In this document: piece after piece, positions 22,831 through 33,600 of the stretch | How the letters are laid out: each line of letters opens with the position of its first letter | How positions within the stretch are numbered: position 1 is the stretch's first letter | Assembly (NCBI GenBank): GCA_000002445.1 | Contig: CP000069.1 | Coordinates: 448,001-512,000 of the forward strand | DNA length: 64,000 nt | Direction of reading: 5' to 3' | Origin: Trypanosoma brucei | Taxonomy: Eukaryota | Notes under the pieces: model-generated | Told to the model about the DNA's origin: nothing | Seen by the model: only the letters and a program-made list of their open reading frames with translations | The model's database searches: none | Made by a program: the position numbers and the translations under genes

Positions 22831-23478
22831 CTAGAATATAGTGAATGTTTTCTTGAGCTCCTCGCCCACATTATGGTCCGTTGGGTTTGCCATCGCCTCA
22901 TATACAACATTAGTCGCCGTCTGCTGGTAAACCGGTCTCCCCGTCGACTCGCCGAAAAGTTCTATCCGAAGTATGTGGGTTTCGTCGTCTCCGAAACTAT
23001 GCTCGAATAGCATTCCCATACACCCTGCTGAGGAAAATTTCGCCGGGTTCAAACGGTACGCTATGCGGTCGTCGGCAGACACCTGGGCGAGTTGAATCTC
23101 CTCCTGGTGTTGTAAACGTCGAACGGAATCAAATCCAACAACACCGGTGGGGTTGCAGAACAGCTTCACTTGGGAAGGGGCGAAATCGTCATTGGTTCCA
23201 AGGATCGATACGGATCTAATACGGCAAACCTCCTTGAGTGGAATGAGCAAAAGCAACTCCGGGTCAGCATCACTACATATTGGTTGATCGTTGTCACCTT
23301 TCGCCGGATCAAAGATACGCGCTGCCTCTGAAACACTATTTCGCGAATTCCACAGCTGCAAAAGATCAACGTCCACTTGTGCATTTAGTGGCGACCCCAC
23401 ACCAAACATACCGCCGCGCGCAAATCCGTCCTGAAGATGATCATGTGTCCCTGTGCCTTGACGGCAGTTGCAAGGCAT
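22831..23478 (-). CDS. PITH-domain protein (PITHD1-like, proteasome-interacting thioredoxin domain family)
   Basis: C-terminal region ...SQVKLFCNPTGVVGFDSV...KFSSAGCMGMLFEHSFGDDETHILRIELFGESTGRPVYQQTATNVVYEAMANPTDHNV aligns well with PITHD1 (..NFGADTTKVFYIGLRGEWTEL..ICNYEASANPADHRV). Start set at the internal Met (MPCNCRQGTG..) because the first 44 residues of the track ORF (MERCFLFCFFF...) look like translated pyrimidine-rich UTR. Confidence 0.75.
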   Translation of the reverse strand: MPCNCRQGTGTHDHLQDGFARGGMFGVGSPLNAQVDVDLLQLWNSRNSVSEAARIFDPAKGDNDQPICSDADPELLLLIPLKEVCRIRSVSILGTNDDFAPSQVKLFCNPTGVVGFDSVRRLQHQEEIQLAQVSADDRIAYRLNPAKFSSAGCMGMLFEHSFGDDETHILRIELFGESTGRPVYQQTATNVVYEAMANPTDHNVGEELKKTFTIF

Positions 23479-23787
23479 CAACTGTTTATTTATTTTTTTT
23501 AGCTCATCCAAAAACAATCCATCGCAACATGAGGTAAATGAGCGCAAAAAAAAAAAGGTCAACAACGAAAGGGCGGTAAAGAAAAAACAAAACAAAAAGC
23601 AGCGCTCCACTAAACATTATCAGAAATAATGGAGACTTTCAAGGAGGCACGCACATCATGATAACAAAAGCACGATGAAAGTACGGAGACGGCTTCACTC
23701 CGCTCACACAGCGAACACCGTCGTTAATGTGAATCTTACTTCTCATTAAATACCCCATGCACACACACGACGAAAGAAATCATCCCT

Positions 23788-24687
23788 CTACTGGCATTTC
23801 CCCGGCGCAAAGAGCGCGGTATGATATCTGAACATTTCGTAAGTGACAGCGGAGGGAGGCATTATACCTTGCTCAGAAAAAACAAGCGTGACCATCGATG
23901 GAGGAACAAATTCTACGAGGGGTACATCGCTACTCCCTTCGGGCTGCCTGAGATCTGCGGTGCTGAGGGGGAAAATGTGGGCAAACTTAAAGGTTTCACA
24001 GAGGACGTAGAAGGGAACATTCATAGCAGATGCCACTGTTGCTATTTGTAGGGATCCCGTTGAATGAACGAGCCCTCCATGCTCGGTAACACAGTAAGCA
24101 CCGGTGACGACAAAGTCTACTTTGCTCATAACAGCGCCTACACCGGCATCTGGTATGATGGTGCAGTATTGCTGAAGCTTTTCTTTAAGTTTCAACCCTT
24201 CATGAGTTGCAGATGCTTTTCTTAAAAGTGCCTCACCAGTACCCTGAGGGTACTTTGCTGTTGCCGGACGACCCTCACAAATGTAAAAATGAACACCCTC
24301 CCGCTCCTGAATGGCACAGGCAATCGCGAGAGCCAACAAATCACCACAACCGTGAACCAGTATTCGCGAGGTGCTTCGGATGAAAGGAAGCATGTCATTG
24401 ATTTGGTCTTTTTGGCTGCACTCAAAATCCCTGAGTCGTGACTCGCACCGTGCATTCATGTCAACTAAACTACTCCTTAAGTCTGGGCTGTTTGCCGCGT
24501 CTTTAGTTAGGTCTATGCGAAAGCGCTCAAAGCCGTCACCGATAGACTTGTAGCCCTTCAACATATTCGTTATTTCCTTATCGAGCTCTGAATATGTTGA
24601 AAACTGTTTAGATGTCAGCAGCTCTTGCACCTCCTTCACCACCCTGATCATGATGCTAATATCATAGTCATCATGGGGCACTTCCAT
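23788..24687 (-). CDS. Translation initiation factor eIF2B alpha-like subunit (IF-2B family)
   Basis: TGAYCVTEHGGLVHSTGSLQIATVASAMNVPFYVLCETFKFAHIFPL matches the eIF2B-alpha core ([47 protein letters not shown]). Start moved to the internal Met (MEVPHDDYD..) at 24687 because the first 70 codons of the track ORF translate a poly-pyrimidine region. It could instead be another IF-2B family member, for example methylthioribose-1-phosphate isomerase. Confidence 0.75.
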   Translation of the reverse strand: MEVPHDDYDISIMIRVVKEVQELLTSKQFSTYSELDKEITNMLKGYKSIGDGFERFRIDLTKDAANSPDLRSSLVDMNARCESRLRDFECSQKDQINDMLPFIRSTSRILVHGCGDLLALAIACAIQEREGVHFYICEGRPATAKYPQGTGEALLRKASATHEGLKLKEKLQQYCTIIPDAGVGAVMSKVDFVVTGAYCVTEHGGLVHSTGSLQIATVASAMNVPFYVLCETFKFAHIFPLSTADLRQPEGSSDVPLVEFVPPSMVTLVFSEQGIMPPSAVTYEMFRYHTALFAPGKCQ

Positions 24688-24928
24688 GTTTACTCCCCCC
24701 TTGATAGACACACTAGACCCAAAAGCAAACCGACATGAGTAGCAGCAATAACAGGAACATGAAAGCATCAATAGAAAGTGACGTTTTTTTTTTTTTTGAA
24801 GGTAGCGAGTAAAGAAGGGTAAACCAGCAGTTATCAGGCACTGAGATGGTAATACAGTCGATCTGGAGAAATGATTCACTTCTCTGTGTGGACACAAAAA
24901 TACGCATAGATAGGACCAACAATGGGTG

Positions 24929-27631
24929 TTAAAGTGACTCTATAAAGAGCAGAACTTCTTGGCAATAATCAGGAACCTGATGTTTCGCCATCGCGTCCAT
25001 GACCAAATCTTTTGTCACAGAGGGCGCCAAAATAGCAGTTTCCTTGAGCACACCCACAAGGATGGGCTTCAGTCCCACAGTCTCGTCATGATCATCTAGG
25101 TGTATCAACAGCTTCTTGAGTAATGGAGTGGCCTGTGATAATATCTCGTCTATAACAATCGGGCAGACTTCATTCTTATTTTCTAAAATGGCTAACAATC
25201 CCGACGCAGCTTTTGCACGTATCATGTCATTGGAATCATCGAACCGCAGGATAATTGACTGCAATATGTCGCTAGCGGACCCCGCATTAATCGGTAAATA
25301 AGAAAGGTTCGGTACATTGACCATGCACATCAGCCTCATTTCGGGGTCATCCGCATCCGATGCATTGCACCAGTTGGTCACAACCTTTGAAGAGAGAGCA
25401 AAGGCATTGTCACACAACGAAGGCTCCAGCAATTTGCGGTGCCACTCCTGCAGCAGAGCACACTGGGAGCTTACGGCAACCTTTCGAAACAGATGTGCCT
25501 GACCACCAGGACGGAAGGCCCCTAGAGGTAAAATAACGACTCGAAGCACCTCCTCCAACTGACGCCCTGAAAACACTGGCACTTTCCGCCAGAGAAGTTC
25601 CTCCAGCATACGCATATACTGCAAACAGTCAGTGACGCGTTGTGTGAAGTCAATGTCACTTAGTTTCAGTAAAAATATATTAGACAGCTGCTCGCCGTAC
25701 ATACCGATATTGCTCGAACTCAGCACAAGGTCGGAGAACGCACTAACAGGCATTCGAGTTCCGTAGCGGGATAAAATTCTTTTAAAGTGTAAGTCATAAA
25801 TAGCTCCCGGCTGCCCCGTAACGACAGTGGATAGGTGCGCAGTGCATTTCGAGACACGTTCCTGCACGGAAGGAAAACTGGAAGATCGTAGGCAAAGGAA
25901 AGCATACAGCAACACTGAGTCAAGCGTCCGTTGATTTACATCGTCGCGAACTTCCTGGGGTAGTGGGTTATCTGGTGTGGCGACAAAATCACGCTCCCCC
26001 AGAACCTTTATAACCACATCGAGAGTATCCAAGAGAGAACACAGTAGAGCTTCAGAATCGCTTTCCAATACGTCACTTTTCGTCATTGCACTTACGATAT
26101 GTGTGGCATTCGTCGCTGACAGCAGCGATTTCGAACCTTCTATAAGATACCGAAATGCAACCAAAATGCTGCACTTAACCGACGCAGCAGCGGTCGAAAA
26201 AAGCGTGGGGGAGTTGGTTGCCTCACCGTTTGCTGATGAAATGACAACAGTCTTCGAGCGTGACTGAATGACAGTAGGCTGTGATGCCTCAGATTCTTTC
26301 GGTGCTTCCTTCGAAGTCAAAAACGGTAAATACTGATCCGGTGTGAGGAACTTCCCCAAAATTTCCAAGCAGATAAGAGATTCTTGGACAACGTCCTGAC
26401 TGTCCCTTAGAGACTTGTACAACACACCCAAAATTTGCTCCACGAACTGTACGACAGATTTCTCAGTGTGGTAAATAGACATCCACAATATGCGTAACGC
26501 AACAACGCGTCTGTTGTTGGAAGAAAATGGAACGACCCAATCTATCGCGCAGACATCTGCAAAAACAGTCTCTATAAAACCACGTAACGACTCAGCAACC
26601 ACATAACGGGCGCCCAAAGATGGTCGGCGTCGAAGAACAGGATAAAGACTTGTATCAACTGTAGTTAGTGACATGTCAGGATACTCCTCATCTCCATACC
26701 ATTCAATATCCTTCATGGTAACCCTTCTCTTCGTTATATCGATGGTGTTGTCTTCGTTATCGAGAAGGTACTGTTTTCCCATATTTTCTAGTACCTGGAG
26801 TGCTTTCTCTGAGACAGCAGGAAAGTGATCAGTCACAAGAAGTAACAGATGGGGAAGTAGCCTTCGGTGCTGATCTTGACGTTCCTGTATGTCCAAAAGC
26901 GACATGGAAAGAAGGTCTACGAGGGCCGACCGCACAACCTCAGCATGATCATTCGCCAAAACAAACAATGTGTACGCAGTTGTCCGGTTTGCGGGTTCAT
27001 CCTTGCCGTCGGCAAGGATCTCCACGGCTCCTCGTTGTATGAGTGACGCCAGTGTCCGCGCAGCCTCTGCCCGAACCACACTGTGTTTGTGTAGTAGACA
27101 GTTTTTTACGACTTTTGCCAAGGGAAGGGACACGTGCTTCACTTGTACAGGCTCAATTTCGCAGAGCCGTACACAGGCGCGACAAGCCTCCTTCTTTAGA
27201 TCAGGGTAGGCGTCTCGCAGACAATTTTCAAGCAGTACCTGCAAAAAATCGATATAGTTCCGAGGCCCGATTTCATGGGGGAAAGTTTCCATGCAAAGCA
27301 CCGCAAGCCTCAATAATAGAAGTCGCAGTTCCTCACTTTCCTCCGCAACGGGCGAAACACCTATTCGCGTTACCACTGCCGGCAAAACCCAGTCGAGGAC
27401 AGACGGCGGCTGCCTCACAAGAATAGACGATACAATTTGAATGGCGTACTCACGACACCTCTCAGCACTGTCCTCAAACCCCCGAAGGCAACTACGGAGC
27501 AAATCGAACTCTTTTCCTTCTGTTAGCTTGCCGTCTGAACACAGATCAAGGAGTTTGGTGTACGCCTGCAACCGCTTTGGCCGAGCAACATCGGAAAGTT
27601 CATTCAAATGCTTGGGGAAGAGATCCATCAA
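24929..27631 (-). CDS. Large HEAT/ARM-repeat protein (900 aa), possibly a DNAAF5/HEATR2-like assembly factor
   Basis: Long Leu-rich helical-repeat ORF with regular ~40-aa periodicity of LL..A/V..L motifs. The family assignment is speculative. Confidence 0.75.
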   Translation of the reverse strand: MMDLFPKHLNELSDVARPKRLQAYTKLLDLCSDGKLTEGKEFDLLRSCLRGFEDSAERCREYAIQIVSSILVRQPPSVLDWVLPAVVTRIGVSPVAEESEELRLLLLRLAVLCMETFPHEIGPRNYIDFLQVLLENCLRDAYPDLKKEACRACVRLCEIEPVQVKHVSLPLAKVVKNCLLHKHSVVRAEAARTLASLIQRGAVEILADGKDEPANRTTAYTLFVLANDHAEVVRSALVDLLSMSLLDIQERQDQHRRLLPHLLLLVTDHFPAVSEKALQVLENMGKQYLLDNEDNTIDITKRRVTMKDIEWYGDEEYPDMSLTTVDTSLYPVLRRRPSLGARYVVAESLRGFIETVFADVCAIDWVVPFSSNNRRVVALRILWMSIYHTEKSVVQFVEQILGVLYKSLRDSQDVVQESLICLEILGKFLTPDQYLPFLTSKEAPKESEASQPTVIQSRSKTVVISSANGEATNSPTLFSTAAASVKCSILVAFRYLIEGSKSLLSATNATHIVSAMTKSDVLESDSEALLCSLLDTLDVVIKVLGERDFVATPDNPLPQEVRDDVNQRTLDSVLLYAFLCLRSSSFPSVQERVSKCTAHLSTVVTGQPGAIYDLHFKRILSRYGTRMPVSAFSDLVLSSSNIGMYGEQLSNIFLLKLSDIDFTQRVTDCLQYMRMLEELLWRKVPVFSGRQLEEVLRVVILPLGAFRPGGQAHLFRKVAVSSQCALLQEWHRKLLEPSLCDNAFALSSKVVTNWCNASDADDPEMRLMCMVNVPNLSYLPINAGSASDILQSIILRFDDSNDMIRAKAASGLLAILENKNEVCPIVIDEILSQATPLLKKLLIHLDDHDETVGLKPILVGVLKETAILAPSVTKDLVMDAMAKHQVPDYCQEVLLFIESL

Positions 27632-30600
27632 GTACCAAACAAGGGCTATATCAACACTATGAACGTTGGAAAACTGATGTGAGTAATAAAATTATAGAGG
27701 AAAGCAGTGTAGATATAAACAAATTGTCCGTGGTTAACAATCAGTGGTCGCTCCTACTTCCCTCATAATAGGCTAACAAAGTGAACCTTCGTTTTTTTTC
27801 AACACGCAATAGTAAAGTTATGGCGAGCGCCCGAAGGTGGACCAAGTACCTACGGCGATAGTTACGTCATATCAGAAATATGAATACGTTTGACATAGTT
27901 TCAAATTGCAACGGGAACCGTCCTGGTGTTTTCTGCACTGTACAGCAGGGCCTGAGGTTGTCAAGCCCCACACGCCAAAGATTATCTACCATCAACGTTT
28001 GCTTCTTTCGTGGTAGAAACGCGGCAGACCATCAACACGTTGACTCCACATCCCCCCCCAAAAAAAAAACCGTATGGCTACCATTTAATGTGTAGCACCG
28101 CAGAGCAGGGCATCTCAGAGCGACAAACACATTAAATGGTAACCATACTTGATACTGTAAAGTAATACAACACCCCTATCTGTTGTCTTTCCGCGATTCA
28201 CCAGTAAATGCTCACTTAGAAAGGTATATAGTTTCACGTGAACGTAGAATGATTAAGCGAATAAAAATCAGATTAACAACAACGAATAAGCGTTTTACCT
28301 CACGGTGTGCAACAATATTTTCTGCTGTATGACGGTCATCTACCTTCGACGATGCCTCTGCAAACATACGGAACAAGCCACAAGATCCAGGCTATCACGG
28401 CGTGCATCACCAAAGGGACCGATCAACCACCCTGAAGGAGAGAATTAATGCCCCAGTGATGTGTAAGAAAAATCTCATTCGAGATATGTTTATTTCGCCT
28501 TGTCGCTGAATAGTTGCCTTGTCCTCCGTGTCTGAAACACAAGCACAATAATCAGCTTGGTTTCCTCTTCCGAGAGTGAGCCTAACTTTGTAGCTGTGCA
28601 TGCACTTCCAACAAGCATCTTCCAATTTACAAATGCTATGGGTTGCCACACTTAGTTGTACGTCAATTCCTTGCCTCACATTATGATCATCCTAAAAGGC
28701 GCGAAATTTTCGTGTCTTATATGTGCCACCCCAGTTGTAGTCGCCCTTTATGTGCCTTATGTTGTCATGCATATCGAAAACAGGCAAGATACATTTAAAA
28801 AAACGATACCGATTATCCTCAATGGTATTTATTAAGCAAGGGCTGATTTCTTTCACGAATAGAGAACGAACAAAGTGAGGAGCCTGCGTTCTTCATCGCT
28901 AAAGTGTGCGTAAAACACGACCCCACCATTTTTCAAACGATCGTCGAACCGAAACTTGAAAAGCAACTGAGAATAAACCGCGGTTCCGCTGAGAGGTACC
29001 TAATGATGCTTCCATTTCATTTTATACAGTGCTCTCCAACCAGGCAGAAATAACTCTGTGAACAGTAAAACGTCGACGATATTTATCGATAGATACGTCA
29101 ATGTAGGAACAGTTTCCACACGGATCCTATATTATGTGCTGCCTCGTCAATGGCAGACAAAAAATACAACGGTTACACTTTCTACAGCAAACTAAAGCAC
29201 CTACCAAAATAATTTCTGTCCATGCGGCGCGGCCACTCGGATCCTAAGCCCCCCCTCAAGCACAAAAAACTGCAATCACAGCCACATTCCATGCCGCCAG
29301 TTGGTGTGCACACGCCACTCACAACGGCAACAGACACCGTGGTAAACGCGCCGAAGTACTTTGTGCTGTTTTTTTTTTCCAAATTCTCCAGAACAAGAAA
29401 GACCTCACCAAGAAGGAACAGATAGAGGCGGACCACGCCCATCCAAAATTTCAACGTACGCTACGGCCATCACGAACGAGTTCACAGATGACGCAAGAAT
29501 ACCAATGCAGCCACAAACACAGGCGCGCGGCTGCAAATGAAAGACTCTCCGTCTCAACCTCCCGAGCCCTCAGAAACTGAACAACACTCAGTTGGCAGCG
29601 GTTACCGGTTGTCGGAAAAGTCTTCGTCACACAGGGGCAACGTATCAGCAAATACGAAGTTGTCCCGATTCCGTCGGGAAACCATAGCCTTACCGGCTGC
29701 AGTCTCCGGCCACATGTCAGAATTGACCCACGCAAGCCGCGTCAACAACGTACCAGAAGCGAGCGGACAGCAGTGCAGGAAGGTAGGCATGGATGACCTC
29801 AAGTGGAGAGCACAAGGGGAAGCGTCCCCTTCCAATTCTCTCCAGAGAAAAGGTAGTGAAAAGGATTTGGGAACCGCTGCTGGTTCTCTTTTTTTCTTTC
29901 TCTTGATTCCCTCTGAGCCGCTGTGGCACGCTGAACGAAAATTTCACCACATGGGGCGAACGGGCCGCGCAGGCAGAACGTAATACAAACGAGAAAGGGT
30001 CATACCACCTCGACCCGCCAACGCCAGGCAGTCATGCGGCGATGCAACGAAAGAAACATGAATACCTCGGAGCAGGACAGCGGCTTTTGCCACGTCCCCG
30101 GCAAACTATCGTTAGGGTAACCCGTTTCCAGGGGAGGGGGCTTATCATTAAGGGGTCGGGCAGTATCACCGACAGCAGATTCCCTAATTTTTAATTATTG
30201 GGGATAAACAACCCGGTGCCCCGGGTCGAATCATAAACCCTCTTCATCTCGGCGTTTCACACCCCTTTATGCGTGGGAACAGATCCACTCCTTCCCCCAC
30301 ACACAAATTTTTTGAAAGTGTCTAAGAGTGCACACCATTTCCCTTATTTTTTATTTTGTTCTGGGATTCCCATTTCTACACATCGGAAACTATGACCTTC
30401 GGCCCCCAATCTTTTCTTACTTCCCTTTTGGAGAATTGTGCCTCTCCCTCCCCGTCGACACCCAATCGGCGTTACCAGACAACATTGACGGGTCGGGGCC
30501 ACCTCAGCAGGAAGCTCTCCGACTCCAAGGAGATGCCTGGTGAAGCGGTGAAGAACCTTACGAACAAGTGGACAACATTTTCCCTGAGTCGTGTGACCCA

Positions 30601-33600
30601 ACCCTGCCGGAGCGGGGCCACTGCCCTTCAGTGACAGCGTGAGGTCACAGCACCGATATCGAAGCAAGTAAAGAAGCCTGATGACCTAAGGGCACGTCGT
30701 TCAACAAAATTTAAACCGGGTGCGTGCAATATGCAGTATCAGGTTTTTTTCTTTTTTGCGTCGCATGTCGTGTGTACGGCCAGCCCACTTGCAGCAGTAT
30801 GCCCACAGAAGCACACGCGCAAACTGAAAAAGCAACAGCCGGTTTTAGCAGACAGCATCCAGCAAAGATTAGCTAAGTATTTTATTTACGCCCTTTAAAG
30901 AAGAAAACAGGCGTTCTAAGACTCGGGGTCATCAAAGGCCAAAAGTACACTTTCCCGGCTGCGAATGCCTTCTTTCAGACGTCGGATGCCCCTGGCCGCT
31001 TCATGCGTGGTAAAAAGCTTCCGCGCGTACTCACGGCCAAGTACAAGAAAAGGAAAAGAAACCGATTACGTGGTCGTTCTACAAAACTTATAGTCGGGAA
31101 CATCAACGGCAGGCAATGGCAACCACTGATGGGGCCGGTGAGGGAATCGGCAGTTGAACCGTGACTATTGTTTTCTCACGTACTCACACTTCCTCTTTCG
31201 TAGAATAACGGTACCGAAGTGTCATAAGATATGCTTGAACACACTCCATCGACTACTCTCAAGGAAGAAATCGTGTGGAGATGTGATCCTAAAGGCAAAT
31301 AACGGCAAACCGGGTGCTGTAACAGCTGTACAGCCGGAGAAATCAAAGCGAACCGACGTTGAGCCAAAAAAAAATTTGAAGCAGCATGGCCGAGAGGATC
31401 AACACATGCCGACGACGACTCTTATTCCAAAAAGAAGCTCCCTCTTTACTGCAGTTACGGATTGCCAACTTCGGTGGAGGCACCATTGCAACGGGTCAAA
31501 ACTGATTGGGAGACCAACGAACACTTGGTTGGGACTTCATCCTGAAGTTGTTGCACAGTTTCCCGCTGCAACCACTTGATTATCGCAGCAAGAAACTATG
31601 CTGTACGGAATGGCGGATCCGGAGCGGCGCGACATACATGCCTTCGCCATCGGCTATCACTGATATGCGGGAACAACCCGACGTGGCACTCTGACGGCAA
31701 TGATTCCGAGGACGCACAAATGGCGGTATGCTCCAACACAGCGGGGTAATTGAGGGCCCTTTTCCACCGACGACCCCAGGCTCTGATATGGGAGTCAAAT
31801 GTGAGGTCATGGTGAAACACTTGAAGTGTGCTTTTCCTTTTCACTGTTTGAAGATATTCACAGTCACCGGGAAAGACAGCAGAGAAATCTTTTTTCATTT
31901 TTTTTTTTTAGAATTTTCTTCGTGCCTTCGTGAGAGTTTCCCCCCACTGGCGCGGCCATCAGCCATCACCGTAGAGCCCTGAGATGCTATCGGTCTGGCG
32001 ACTGTGGCAGAGTCTCCCTTTTTCATTCATCCTAACACACCCTCTATAATTTTTGTTGTATTTCCGCATATGAACGGAATACAGCAGATGGGGCGAGAAG
32101 CCTCCCACCCTGGACTCTCCCAAAGATGCCAATTGGCAATCCTTTTTTGGAGGTCCACATCACCGGACAGCAGCATCTTAGCGCGGATGATACTGCTGAT
32201 GGCACGCTGGCACGTGCCCAGGGACCGACAAATGAAAAACGGTGTCCCAGCAAGACGCTGCTGATCCCTGTGCTGTATGATGCCGTAGCCGGAGCACAGC
32301 AGTGTTCCCCATGAAAGGAACTCTGCTGGCTCTTGGCTTCCCCCGATGATACGGGGTACTGGACCCTGGCACCACGTTGAGGTGGCCGACATCGCCAGGG
32401 AATCTTTTTTCAGACATCCTACCCGAAAGCACCTTCGCGCATCGCTACTTCTACTCAAAGGGCCGTAATATCTGGTGGCCGAGGTGACTTTCAACATCAC
32501 TGTTTCCACGCGCATAAGGGGGGGGGGAAGAAACGAGACGAAGCAGGGTGTTTCACGGATTGATTTCACTGTGTTCGGCATTTCATGCAGACAGTGTCGA
32601 CTCGGGACCCACTACTGCTTATGGGCAGTCTCCCCCGAATGGGAAGGTGGTTCCTCTCGCAAAATGTTGAGGTAGCATGAAGTAGATGGAGGCAGGAGTG
32701 CGTTAGTTGCCAACGGGTGTCCGCGGGGGATGGAGTCGCTTCCCCATCGGTACCGGTTGTTGTGGCGGTGTCTTCCATGGCTTTGGACTTTCCTGTTCTT
32801 TTTGGGAAGTGTTAGCATGAAGTGTGGCACCGGCACGGGCGGTTACAGGGCGAGGGTGCCGAGAAACATGCTTTTGGTTGGCCAGTTGATTATTCCAAAG
32901 ATGGTCGTTAGAGGTGTCCCGTGGATAGTCACGATGGATGTTTAATGACTGCGGACTGCGCTAAACAGGGACCCAGTAGGTCACAGCGAATAGGCGGAGT
33001 AAAAGATATGGGTTATAGTGAATGGGATCCCTAAACTGCTGGTCAATTTACCCTTCAATGATACTGTGGCTGCTGCGGGCATTCGTAAATAGGTTTACCA
33101 ACGAGTATTCAAGGGATCGCGTAGCACAGTGGAAACGATGCTAAAACCACCGCCGTAAAGTGGCGCGGAAACGCTCGTGTTCCGGAAAACTCGAGAGGTA
33201 GCGGTCCCCCTCATTAAGGCGCAACGGTCGTCGGTATCAGTTGCGTTGTACAAAACCAATAGATATTGGTTTGTGTGTGTATATTCTAATGCTGGAAGAA
33301 AATTTGTTCAACTGTAAACGCTTCGGCTCGCTGGGGTGCACTGAGGAGATAGGAATGTATATATTTAATTGCTTTCGATGATGAAGGAGCGTTCAACGAC
33401 GCGCAAATCGTGCACTTGTCAGTCAGTGGGATCCGTTTTGTTGTTTGTTGTCACTCCCCATGATCCGAGCTTCGTGAGCATGACACCGCCATGAAACTAA
33501 GGATGGATGAGGCGAATGTCAGCTGTATGTCAACGAAAATCGTGTTTCCACTACAGCAGTTCGGTGGTTACAAGGTTTTCAAACCTTAGGGTCTAGCATA

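Noticed and set aside
30100-33250. Candidate tRNA-like stretches (e.g. gggtcgaatc near 30225; tagcacagtgg near 33125)
   Set aside because: Neither can be folded by eye into a cloverleaf with a proper T-arm (GTTCGANTC) and acceptor stem. No spliced-leader 39-mer or obvious snRNA motif was seen. Left as unsupported.
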